Below are positions 1 to 51,909 of a DNA stretch of 64,000 bases, piece after piece. Origin of the DNA: Eledone cirrhosa (lineage: Eukaryota). Each line of letters begins with the position of its first letter. The stretch's first letter is position 1. The notes beneath the pieces were generated by a model. That model saw only the letters and a program-made list of their open reading frames with translations. It searched no databases and was not told the DNA's origin. The position numbers were made by a program, and so were the translations under genes. The DNA lies in NCBI GenBank assembly GCA_964016885.1, contig OZ024740.1, positions 336,970,001 to 337,034,000 of the forward strand, given 5' to 3'.

Positions 1-570
1 CAATTCTATGTTTTATTATAATTGATAGTTATATTTCTTGTTAGTTGTTTCTATGTTATCGTGTCTCTTATTTTATCTCATATATCTTGCACAGAATACT
101 AATTCAGAGTTATTGTTCTAGTTAGGTCAGATGAATGATATTTTGCTTGTTCATTCCAATTTTTGACGTGGTTTCTATGGCAGGATCCCTTTTCTAATAC
201 CAACCATTTAATTATAGAGGTTGTCATATCCTTGACAAGACTAAAGAGACCAATCTCCCTTGTGCTCTGTTTCTGTTTGATGATCAACCATTTTACAGAA
301 TATACTGGGTGAATTTTGTTGTGGCACCAACACTAAAGTAGTAATGTTGCTCCTCTGTGGCAAAAACTGTCATAGTGTGTAATTTCCATCAACCAAATTC
401 ATTCACAAGACATTGATTGGCTCAAGGTTATAGTAGATTTCATGTATCTAAAGTGTGAACATGTGGGATAAAATCTGAAACCATGTAGTTGCAAAGTGAA
501 CTTGTTAACCACACAGCCAAACATGATTTGGACCACTTGATAAATAACACAAACAATTTGTAAGATTGCA

Positions 571-767
571 TTAACCCTTTAGCATTTAAACCAGCTGTAT
601 CCGGTCAGAATTCTCTCACCCTTTCCGTTCAAACTGGCTGTAACTAACCACTCATACTGGTATTGTTCAAAATAAATAATATCAAAATCTCATAGATTTG
701 ATATGTGGGATAAAGCTTTTACTGTGAAAATACAATAGTATATATAGAGTAATGTATAAAGGGTTAA
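571..767. mobile_element. piggyBac-type MITE family 1
   Basis: TTAA|CCCTTTAGCATTTA...AAAGGG|TTAA. Confidence 0.85.
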
Positions 768-1407
768 AGAAAGTGGAAAAATATTGATATGGACACAAAA
801 TAATAATAGAAATTAATAAAAATAAATAAATTCATATGCTGTGGTGAGAGATTGGAGATTGCATGGAGCTGAGAGGCCTTTTTTAGTCAGCAGTAGATGG
901 GACAATCTGATAGAATGCAGTCTGTATCCTCTGAAAAGTGGCTGACAAATGAACAAAGTATTGGTTAAAGAGAATCTTTTGGTCTTGAAGACTTGACAAC
1001 CTCTTGTGCTGGTGTCATGTTAAAACACATCTAGTATACACTATAAAGTGATTGATTGTTGAACAGGGATAGAGATGACTCTTCAGTTTGTTAGAGCACA
1101 TGACAATCTCTTTAGTGCTTGTGTCATTATAAAATGCACCCAGTGCACTCTGTAAAGTGATAATAATGGTGACATGATAAAATGCATTCAATACACTTTG
1201 TAAAATTGTTGGCATTATGAAGAGTATGTATGATAACTAGAGGCCATACCTCAATATGGAATGTGTTTATCTGATGATGATGTTGATGTTCTATCTATAA
1301 TATGTCAAATAATTATTAACTCCTGGTTGTTAAAACTCTTTAGCAGTTCTAACAGCTGAGAGCTACAAGTTTGAATTGAAACTAGACTATTATTCTTATG
1401 TCTACAG

Positions 1408-27815
<26,408 letters not shown>

Positions 27816-28423
27816 ATAGATGGATGTGAAAGGATTTCATTTTAAGATGAACATTAAATAAAAACATTGGCAGAATCGTTAGAGCGTGGACAAATGCTTT
27901 ATGGTATTTGTTATGGCTTTTTATATTCTGAGTTCAACTTTGACTTGATAAACCAAAGTACTGGTGTCAAAATTAGAAATCATCAAATAAAACAAGGGTG
28001 CTGCATTGGACATGCTGTGCAACATAGAGTTGCATCCCTTTACATTTTGAGTTCAAATCTCACTGAGGTTAGCTTTCTCTTTCATTCTTACAGGGATTGT
28101 GAAATAAAGTACCAGTAATACACTGGGATGATTTAATCGATTTTTCCCTCTCCATAAATTGCTGGCCTTGTGCCAAACTTTCATTCTTATGAGGAACAAT
28201 AAAAAACTACCAGTAATGCATTGGTGAAGATTTAATCGACTTTCCTCCTCTCCACAAATTGCTGGCCTTGTGCCAAAATTAGAAATCATTATTAAATAAA
28301 ACAACTTTATATATGCAAAATAATAGTTTTCCTGTATTTTATTTCAGTTAGAACTCTGTCTACCTAAACAGAATCTAGTTTACAAATAAATATATACAAA
28401 ATGTACAGAATGTGAAAATAGTA

Positions 28424-40806
<12,383 letters not shown>

Positions 40807-42444
40807 TTTCAACTAAAGAAAAAAAACAAAACAAAATGGATATGAAAACATTATAACATACAGGTCATAAATATTACACTTCTCATTCCACATCATAATT
40901 TCGATGTTCCCTTTTTAATGCTGGCATGGGTTGGATGGGATTTTGTGAATTTGTGAAGCAGTGTTTTACAGATAGATGCCTTTCCTAATGTCAACTTTTT
41001 TAATTGCGTCTTATGACATGCAGGAATACAACATATTTATTCTAAAAACCAGGATGCACACACAGAGTATATTCCACATACCACTAATTCTTTAATTCAG
41101 ACCTGCCAACCTCTAAAAACCTAAACGGAGAGTACCATGAAAAAAAGTGCCCCAAAACGAAGAGAAATGAGGCAAAATGGGAAGATTTTACATAATGAAA
41201 GCTATACACATTTTCACAAGAGAAGACATCTCTTACCCACCCCAAAGTGAGTGGGAGATCTCCGTCGGATGGGGAGAGTTACAGGTCTAGTAATATCACA
41301 TAATCCTGAGACTACCAAACTCTGTTACCATACAAAAACAAATATATATATATATATAGCTTAGTGTAATGAGGCAGATATTACAGAAATCTTTCATATG
41401 TAAGTGCAATTCCTTTTACTTTTACACAGCACTTAGTCTAAAATCCATTCCCATTTGATGCCTGGAATTACACTTCTTACATCTATGGGACATGGTTACT
41501 GCTACAAAGATTCTAGTCTACATCCATAAGAAAGCTATTCGACTGACTGGCAAAGATTTGCTTACCAACACCTCGCAACTGCTATCTCACATATGCTCAG
41601 TTTCTTTGTTTGCCATTCCCATCACTTCTACAATGGTTTCTCTTCCTCTGAACTAGCTAGCAGTATATTCCTTCAACCCAGATACCAGTTGAAGCTTTGT
41701 GTCATTCACTATACATTAGTGCTTTTTGTTTGCCTACACTCTGAAGCAAGTTATTTCAATCTATTGATTGAAAAAAAACAAAACACAAACGAACAAACAA
41801 ATACAGCTCTAACCTAAGCAAATTTAGCAGATTTCCTATTAAGTTGCATTGTATAGGAGGTTTATTGAATGTTTTAATGATCAGGCCCTAAGTCCTATGA
41901 TGGAAAGCCACATGAAATGAAGAGGCTTACTCAAGAACACAATGGTCCAGGAACCAAACTCATGACCTTATGATCCTGAGTCCTATATTCTACCTATTAG
42001 GCCATGAACCTTCATCAATCCATTCATTCATCTATTTATCCTTAAAATCATAGGCTTCCTTCCTTCATCTTACTGTGTCTCATTTCTTATTCCCTGCCAT
42101 AAAAACCTTTCTCAATTTTTCTATCCCTGAACTACAACCTTCTGGAATTTCCATTCCTTTCCACATATTTGCTGCAGATGTTCAAAATGAACCTCAAAAA
42201 CCAGGAAAGTTCATGGAGGACAGAGACACTGTTCATCATCCAGATTAAGACAGACTCCCTGCCGCTACAGAACAGCTCAACAGACTTTTATAAAGACCTG
42301 TAATATAAACAACTCGGAATTAAATGCACATATTCCCTATATATATATATGGGTGTGTGTGTAGAGAGAGGGGGAGAGATAGAGAGAATAAGAGAGATCG
42401 GGGGAGGGGGCATACATATTACACGGCGTCGCAATTTGTGTATA

Positions 42445-42756
42445 CAAGCTGAAGCATATAGACAATATGCCCCCACACCCACCACCGCAAGGTGGTCGTG
42501 GAGGTGCCACGGCAAAAAAGCACCCAGCCCACACTGTAAAGTGGACGTGTAGGCGCCACGAAAAAGCACCCAGCACTCACTGTAAATGAGGTTGGTGTTA
42601 GGAAGGGCATCCAGCTATAGAAATCAAGCCAAATCAGTTCCTGTATGAGCAAGGCATGGTCAGCCGACCAGACACTGCCCACAACAGGACAACCCGTCTA
42701 ACCCATGCTAGCGTGGAAGAACGGACATAAAACGGTGATGATGATGATGATGATGA
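42445..42756 (+). mobile_element. RTE 3'UTR fragment (similar copies near 3000-3234, 7983-8293, 17682-17849, 23180-23441, 48385-48681)
   Basis: Near-identical to the 3'UTR of the 37095 element, including the aggaagggcatccagc...acccatgctagcgtggaa...(TGA)n end. Confidence 0.88.
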
Positions 42757-44160
42757 AAATAACATTGCAATCAATTATTTTATTATTTTCATCAAAATCA
42801 ATAACTGGAAGCAAACATTAGATTATGACTAAAGTTATAAATGTATTAATATAGAAAAATTAAAGTCATTAAGCATAATGCGTTCAGTTTTCTTTAATTT
42901 GTTCTGAATATAGTACAATGTTGATTAGATTCTATTGGGTTGCCTCGGAAACGTAACGCCATACAGTACGTGGACAAATATGTGTTTGTGTGTGTACTGG
43001 TGTGAGTAAAAACGCAAACATGGCCAAGTGGTCCACAATTTAGTTTTGAAATGACAAAATTTCAGGTTTGACTGTACTGTATGGCATCGTAGGCAAGTGT
43101 TTTTTTTTACCAAAGCCTTGTAAGTGGAATTGGGAACTGTATTGTACCTTTAATTTAGAAGATAAGCCAGGTCGTTTGCTGCGTCACGCTGACTCAGCCT
43201 GAAGAATTACGCTGATCGTACAAGTGTCAAAAACACTATAAATTTAGCGAGTAGGCAGTTCAGTTGATCGGACAACTGGAATACCCATAGTAGAAAGTGA
43301 CGGAGATCCATTTCCTTATTTTTTATAACCATTATGAGTAGCTTATGTATGAATATCAGCGTGAGCATGTAGGTGGTGTTAATGATTTATGTAATAGCTA
43401 AAGATTCTAAAATACATAACTTCTAGCCTCCTGTCCTATGTCACTCTCCAATTAACCCTACATCCAAACAGGTCGTTGTATTACCTGATTGTAAACAAAA
43501 CATCATGTCTAAAGATACAATTATGTCTAAAATGTGTCTACAGGTCAGCCCATATCGAGCAGACTAATGACCGAAAGCATTCCAGCGTTGATCAGCTCTT
43601 TTTTGGAATACCTATTCAGATGATGGGGGAGAATTTAAGGAAATGTTTTTTTTCGAACATCCATGTAGAAACTTCATATAGTATGAAGTTAAGTCAACAC
43701 TCTTCTAGAAACTGATTATTATTAATATATATCAGTTTAAACCACTAGAATTTCTACCATTACAAAATATCAATAGTATCTGGAATATAGTCAGTAAAAT
43801 TCTTCGCTAAATCTCTCTTCGAGCAGTCTCAAAACAAATTTATATACACGTTTAATTGTATAGTGAGACATAAAAATTCACCATCTCATGCTCCATTATA
43901 TATCCTATTTCTCCCTTATATGCTTTTTATGTATCTTTTAATATTTAATCAGATATATAAAAGTGGGAAAGCTGTTGTTATATATACATGTGTGTATGGA
44001 CAAGCTACAATGTAGGTGGGAATGTAAATATTAAGGCATAATGGAAAAGGCGTAGTTGTCATATAAATATAAACACGTACAAGTCTTACTACAGTCATTT
44101 ATCGTATATTTCAATGAGTGAAAATAAGTTCAAACATACATTTATGGAGGAAATCATATT

Positions 44161-44260
44161 ACCTGAGAATATATTCAAGAATGACAAACGTAGAAAAGAT
44201 ATTAAGATGAAAGAATTAATAAAACAGACTAAGTTATGAATTAGATATCCCGCCAACAAA
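44161..44260 (-). promoter_or_regulatory. Candidate RAD51 non-coding first exon/promoter with an E2F-like site
   Basis: Minus-strand donor CAG|GTAAT at 44163/44162 and TTGGCGGGA at 44248-44256 in non-repeat DNA. RAD51 needs an upstream 5'UTR exon because the acceptor lies 6 nt before its ATG. Confidence 0.35.
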
Positions 44261-47200
44261 CTTTATGTAGAGCGGTCATATTTAGTTTCGAATGTTTCAT
44301 GGACAGACACAAGTTTGCAAGATTTCTATTTTTTAATATATATATTTTGTTCTAATAAATATATAGTAACAAATAAAAATAACGAGAATAAACATTTTTC
44401 TCAAAAAAGTAATTTCCAAGAATTAAAATTCAACTACTGTAACTTCAAAATTGACAAAAATATATTTTTTTATAGAAAATAAAATGCCAACAGTTGAAAC
44501 ATAATTAATATTGTTTTTATTAAGTTTTCATACTTTTTTTTTCTCAGATAAGAGCTAAAACTTTTCAATTGTATATTTGATACTTTGTGTTTATGTTTAT
44601 ACGAAAGTTAAGTTGTTTAGTGACGTTTATTTATTAATTTTTTTGGAGTTGCTTATCATTTTATATCAGAATGTCATCTTTTATTTTATGAAATTACTGG
44701 CTGTCTCTATCAGCAGGACTCATTTTGATTAAAGGCAAAAGTCAGTTTGAGGGAGGAAAAGTATTTTACGATTTGGGAGTTTATTCTTTAGCTGATGACA
44801 ACTTAGAAAGGCAACCGACGCTGATCCACCTCAGACAAATTGAAAAAAAATTATTACGCAAGATTTCTTGCTACATACACCATTAATTTTCTTCCTTGAT
44901 TTCTTAATCTGAGGAGAATTTTAAAATATAATGGGTGATAGGATGAGTTAAAGTGAATGCAGGCATTGATGATCGGTTAGGCCGTTTGCTTTGCAGTCCT
45001 AGTTTGATCCCATGAGCGAGTCTTTGTCAGTGAAACTGGGTCGACAGTCTTTTCAATTCTACTTTATTTAACATTTCCATCCACACATGGAACTTCTATG
45101 ACTTCTATGTCGTCAAACGACCTATTCAAAGTAGTTGAGTTCAACAAATCTTCAACTATGGTTTAAACATGTTTTGAGTTTTCTATCTTTGATTGGGACT
45201 GTCACAGTTAAAATGCTGATGAAAATATTAATTTCAGCCTGACATATGAGTATGCCCAACCTACTGAATATATGGTTTGTTCCTGAGTTTTTGATCTTCT
45301 AGTTACGGCTATAAAACAACAGCAACGAAAATGAGACAAGGAACAATTCTTCGAACTGATCTACAAAGGCCAACTTCGTAAATTTTAGGATGACTTTATA
45401 TATTTAGCTATTACATCACGGAATTATATCTAGAGCGCAAAGTTCCGACTTGTGAGATGAATTGCATGCCTAATGAAGATGTTATGGAGCCTGCAAGGCT
45501 AACCCCTTACCTTAAAACGCATGTTTCTGTTGTTGCATCATGAGATTATATCTAAAGTGTGAAATCTCGGCATGGGAGATGATTTGTCTGAGAAAAGCTG
45601 TCAACAAGATAGGATCTGGAATTATGAAATTGGGAAAATGGTGAGGACAAGACCAATCTGTCGTCACCTATAACAAAGGGAGCAGTGAAGCTGTAGATTG
45701 GACATGTCATAAGAATGCTAACCTACCAAACCAGCACATTATGTGTATAACACAAGGATGTCTGACCACAAGGCCCGAGGTTAATCTAGGAAGAAGTGGA
45801 TTGATGGCATCAAGAAAACCCTGACAGCAGATGGTATCACACCAAGGCAGGCCTTCCAACTCACCACAGAATGACATTTCTTTTTTTCTGTAACACCCCC
45901 GAGGGTACAAGTAGAATAATAATAAAAAACATCATGAAAGAACAATTTTAGTAAGGTATGATGTATGGTCATGTAACTCCTGATAGAGTCAGTCGTAGGG
46001 GTGCTATATTGATATACGACGTTTCTTGGCCATATTTGAAAGCTTGACAGAGCCCATTGCTCCCCAGGCCTGAGTACAGCAGATTTCTTCTAGAGAAAGA
46101 TAGAAAGTGAGAGAGAGGAAATGAGAAAGAGATATAGAGGAAGAATCGACCCAGTACTAGACTGGTACTTTTTTTATCGACCTCGAAAGGATGAAAGGCA
46201 AGTTTAACCTCGGCGGGATTTGAACTCAGAGAGCCAAAACGAATTCCATAGAGCATTCTATCTGACGTTCTAACGACTCCACCAATTCGCCGCCTAGCTT
46301 TAGTATGGTAAAATACATAAAAACTGCTATATTCTCTCTTCTATTTCATGAAATGTCAAAATTCTCAGTGCATCCCTGTGACTTTCTTACTACCACAATT
46401 CCAGAAACTGTATGAGCGATCAGGTCATGGTGCAACACAAACTTTGACACATCATTAGATTGTGAATGCTTTTCCTAACACAAGCCACATTTCAGTACAC
46501 TGTAAAGTGGTTGGTGTTAGAAAGAGAACTGGCCATAGAAACCATACCAAATAGTGTTGAAAGGACTCTTCTGTTGTTTTAATAATGCAACAACCTCCCC
46601 AGTGCTGACACCACAATAAAATGCACCCAGTACACCCTGTAAAGTGTTAGGTGATAAGAAAAACATCCAGCTGTAGAAAGTGTTTTAAAACCAGAATGTA
46701 TATAGAGACACGATCCCTGGCCTGTCTGAGAGGACAGCAGCTATGATTATGTACTGACTTGGTCTGTGATAACTAATTCAACTCTGTCATATATTTTACT
46801 GCAGTCAAAAGAGTTCAAAAAACTACTTAAGACCCTTTTCGCTTTATATTTCTATGCTCAATTTCTTCTCTTGTCTTTATGGACAACATCCACTCTACAA
46901 CGAGTGTTTTAAGGCTAATTCTCCTGCTAAAGCAGGAGTTAGCTTTGTGGGCCCCATGACAAGCTTTTCTATAGTCCTCTGCCATCTGATTATTGCCTCA
47001 CCAATCCCTTGGCTTTCATTTCCTCTTTCACCATCTTTAGCTATGTCTTTCTGAGTATTTTCCTTCCTCTACTTCCTTCCACATTCATTTCTATCACATT
47101 TTCACCTTGTCACTTTCATTCTTTCTCATCACATAACCCAACTATCTCATTCCATTTTTCTTCACAACAATCCTATCTTCAACAGCAGTTATAATACTAT

Positions 47201-47936
47201 GTTAACCTGGAATATAATGTATTTGAGGAGCATACTTCCCACACCAAATAAAAGTAAATTGCAACAACAGTAGCAATATCAATATTGTTATCATACAAGT
47301 ATAGTGCAATTAGAGTAAAGGTTCTTCTCACAAAATAACAATTTCTTGGAATCTGGTAAAAAGTAAATCATGATTGGACTCTAATGTTGCAAATATATGG
47401 GAATATGGTAAATTATGGAATCTTCTAGAAATTGTTCCAACAATTAACTACAATAATTGATCAATCATCTTTGACCCATAAAATAAATTCTAAATATCAA
47501 ACTCTCATTATTATATTCTAGATGAACCAAAATAATTAAATAAATGAATAAACAAATAAATAAAATAATATAAATATATAAATAGAATTCTTGCAGAAGC
47601 CAGTGGAAATTAAAACAAATATATATAATGAATGTTGTTTAACCCTTCATGACCATATTTCTAATGAAAAACACTGCCTATTTGAGAAAAAAGTGAAGTT
47701 GGCTAAATTGACTCCAGTATTTGATTGGTATTTTATTTTATCTACCCCAGGAGGATGGAAGGCTAAGTTGAATTTACTTGGTGGATTTAACCCTTTTGTT
47801 ACCATATTTCTAACAAAAAACACTAGAAATTTCAAATCATTTTGAAAATAATCACAAATTTGATGTGATTTAGTAATATAACTTTCTGATTAATAAGCTG
47901 GCATTTGGAGCATAACTTTACAAAAGTTCTTAAATA

Positions 47937-48100
47937 CCGTATTTCCCGGTGTCGAAGGCGCTACTTTTTTCCTAAAATGAGTCTAAAAAATCTACTATGA
48001 GTCCTGAAGGTCAAAGGTTGTTTATTTTTTTCAAATTTTTGGTTGTCAAAATTAGGGTGCGTCCTTGAGGACAAAGCGTCTTTGGCATTGGGAAATACGG
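47937..48100. mobile_element. Tc2/pogo-like MITE
   Basis: TA|CCGTATTTCCC...GGGAAATACGG|TA. Confidence 0.8.
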
Positions 48101-51100
48101 TAAATTATCACGAAAGATGTTTAGAGAAATATGAACACTTTAAAACAAATAGTTTTATATCATAGAACCTGAGGTAGTTTGGTATCATCCTTTAGATTGA
48201 GTTTATGGCCTTTCTTCAATGGAAATTCTATCACCTCTGTATACTCTAAGGTTTTTTTATGTCCCTCACACTCTTCCTTCATTGCCATCACTGTCGTTTT
48301 TACACTTGATTTTCCATATTGGTATCAATTGGATGAGGTTTTGAGGCAGTATTCTACATCCAGATGCTCTTTCTGACACATGTTCATGTCACGACAAAAG
48401 GCACTCAGCCCACACTGTAAAGTAGTTGTGTAGGTGTCACAACAAGAAGCATCCAGTCCACACTGTAAAGTGGTTGTGTAGGTGTCACAACAAAAAGCAC
48501 CCAGTACTCACTGTAAATGAGGTTGGCGCTAGGAAGGGCATCCAGCTGTAGAAACCAAACCAAAATCAGTTCTGTATGAGCAAGATATGGTCACTTGACC
48601 TGGCATTGCTCACAACAGGATAACTTGTCTAACCCATGCCAGCTTGGAAAAATGGATGTTAAACGGTGATGCTGATGATGATATGATTTAATTACACTTA
48701 TCTTCACCTGTCAAACTGTTAAGCTCTGGGACATTGTTTATGCAGGGTATAACCTAATGGCACCACTTGTTTTAAACAGTATTGTGAAGACACGCAGAAA
48801 CCAACAAACAAAAACACTCCTATATGAATGTTTTTTGCATAGTTTCCATTACACAAGATATTGGTCAGCCAAAGGCTGTAGCAGTAGACCATTGCCCAAG
48901 ATATAATGCTGTGGGATTGAACCCAAAACACATGGTTGTGAAGCAAACTTCTTAACCACACAGCCATGGCTTCATCTAGGTTAGCCATGTATATTAATGA
49001 CCTGTTTGCTCTTAATACTTCCATTCACTACTCAACTTTCTATATGTTGACATCGTCAGCATGCAGCTTAACCTTAGTGTAACCACCCCAGTCACGGCTG
49101 CCTTTGAATTTATAATACAAAATTTCTCATTTTAAAATGATCATAAATTAAAACCTCACATAGTTTTATTTCAAAACCTTTTGTTAAGTTGTTTCAAATT
49201 AATAATGGTTTCTAATATAGGCACAAGATCAGCAATTCAAGGGCAGGGGAAAGTTGATTATATTGACCCAGTACTTGACTAGTAGTTTATTTTATTGACC
49301 TCTGAGGGATGAAAGGCAAAGTTAACATTGGTGGGATTTGAAATTTGTACATAAAGAGCCTGAATAAATGCTACAAAGCTCTTTTGATGACTCTAACAAT
49401 TATGTCAATACTCTTCCCTATACTAAATAAATGATCACAGCATCAGTTATTTTACTAAATCCTTGATTATTTTTAGAATTAAATAAAATAAATTGACAAT
49501 GCATTTCATTAGAAATATCATAATTTTTGTTAAACACTGCATGCTAAACTTGTACATACTTGGAGAAATAACAGTCTAGAATAAACTACATATTGTAGTT
49601 AAACCAAGCTCAACCATAGAATATACCATCAAAAGTTTGTCTAAGAAATGTCAACTAGTTGTTAAGAATAAGTGTTGATATTTCATATTATATGGTTCAT
49701 TCTCACTAAAGGTAATCAACACAAACAAGATTTTGAGAGAGAAAAAATATTTGTTTGACTGTAGACCCTGAAGACTGATTTAACAGAATGAAATAAACCA
49801 TTTAAGTTCATAATTTACCAGCAGTTTCTAATCTCCATCAAACGATGACCAGTTATATTTATACACTGGAAATTGCAGCACTCAAATCCTGCCAAAATCA
49901 ACTTTCCCTTTTGTCTTTTTTTAGGTCAATAAATAAAGAATCAGCTCAGTACTGGGGTCAATTTATCTTCTATATATCTTTCTCTGAAAAAAATAGCTAC
50001 ATTCTGATTTGGAGAAGGATGGGCTTTACCAGGTCTAAATGCTTAAGACATGCCATATATCATAACAGCGCTCCTATGACTCCCCCAGGGTTAGGGTTAG
50101 GGTTAAGGGCTCATGCATTTTGGAATTGTATTCTGGAATATAAAAATATTTTGTCTTCTTTTGTATAAAAGGATAATATGGAATGTGGGATAGCAATATA
50201 TCTACTGATATTGCTTGGTATATATTTTTTATATCATAAGATTTATGGTATATGTTTATGAGGACTCTTCAAGTTGGCGAATAGAACATGTAATATACTG
50301 GTTTTCTAAAGAAATCTTTTCAAATTGTAGTATTGATCTTAGAAATTAGTAAATTAGATGGGATTTAGTTGAATTAATAATAATAATTTCCTTATAGAAG
50401 TTAAAGAATATTTCCTGAAGATAATAAAATACATGTATTTAGCTACTCATCTCCCCTCTAAGCTCTTTGATACTCTCATTATCGGATTATAGTAGCTACT
50501 CTCTCTACCCCCTGTGCACCCCCCACACCATTACATCCCTTCCCCTTACTTATTGCCCTGTCAAATCATTGCATACACTTATAACTTCATACCTATCTCC
50601 CTCTCCTATAACACCCTTTCCTTGAGCAAAGAGTGCTCTTCAGTTGGGACTATGGCCAACAACCTCTCGAGTGATTGTGCCATAAAAATGCACCCGGTAC
50701 ACCCTGTAAGGTGGTTGGCTACAGGAAGGGCACCTATCTGTAGAAACCTTGCCTAAAAGGGTTGAGAGGATATTTCAGTTGTGTCAATGATACTACAACC
50801 TCTTTAGTGTTGTTGATCTATACAATAAATGTACCCAGTACACATTGTAAAGTGGTTGATGATAGGAAGGGCATCCAACCATAGAAAACTTTCCACAGAA
50901 AGGGTTGGTAGGATCCTTCAATTGTGTCAAGGACATGACAACCTTCCTGTGTTGATGATTTACACGATAAAAGCACCCAACACATGCTGTACTGTGATTG
51001 GCGATAGGAATGGCATCAAGCTGTAAAAATCTTGCCAAACAAAAGGTTGGGAGGACCCTCCAGTTGTGTCAAAGACATGACAATCTCTGTAATGCTGGTG

Positions 51101-51766
51101 CCACAATAAAATGCACTTGCTAGAATGCAGAACACTATGTAAGCTAGATGTGAACCCCCACCCTGTCTGGTAGGTCAGTAGTCCCACTTCAGTACAGACT
51201 CAGTCGGCGAAGACCTATCCAACCCTTGCTAGGAGAGAAACTGGACATTATATGATTATGATGATGTATGTATATATATATGTGTGTGTCCCAAAAATAT
51301 ATACACACTTCAACAGTATACTAATAAAAGTGTATATACATTTTTGGGGGATACCCTGTATATTTGTATACTGACACCAAATATATCCTCTCTACATGTT
51401 TCTGTATCTACTTAAGCACATGCGCACACACACATTTGTATATACATGTATGTGCTACATACACAGCAATGATTATATTACTATGTGGGTATTAATTATA
51501 TAGTTGCGTAGGTGAATAGATGTATGTGAGCCAAACTGAACTATTGATACAGCACTATACCATCCATCCATCCCACCTGCTCTACCACATCAATTCAACA
51601 GATGTCTATAGAATAATAGAATACTACCATGATTTCTTTTCACTTAAGCTGAGGCGTGGTCTCACCAAGCTATTATACTAGCTTCTTATTTGTGTTATAT
51701 TATTGTTGTTGCTGCTATTGCTGCTTTTCTTCCTCTTCAATAGATGTCCACTAGGAGGAACATGCA

Positions 51767-51800
51767 TATAAAAACTGTTGCTGACTGATGGACATCACAG
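51767..51800 (+). promoter_or_regulatory. TATA box and putative initiator of the EH-like gene
   Basis: TATAAAAA at 51767-51774; TCACAG initiator-like site about 30 nt downstream; about 140 nt upstream of the ATG. Confidence 0.6.
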
Positions 51801-51909
51801 AGTTTCAAAGGTCTGAGTAAATTAACTAAGCTAAGTAGCAAAGAACCTTACTCTCACATACCAACATAGAAGCTGGTTGCTCTTTTATCACCTGTATTTT
51901 AATCAAAAG

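Noticed and set aside
50087-50109. Chromosome telomere
   Set aside because: Only about three TTAGGG units, internal, at the tail of a dispersed repeat.
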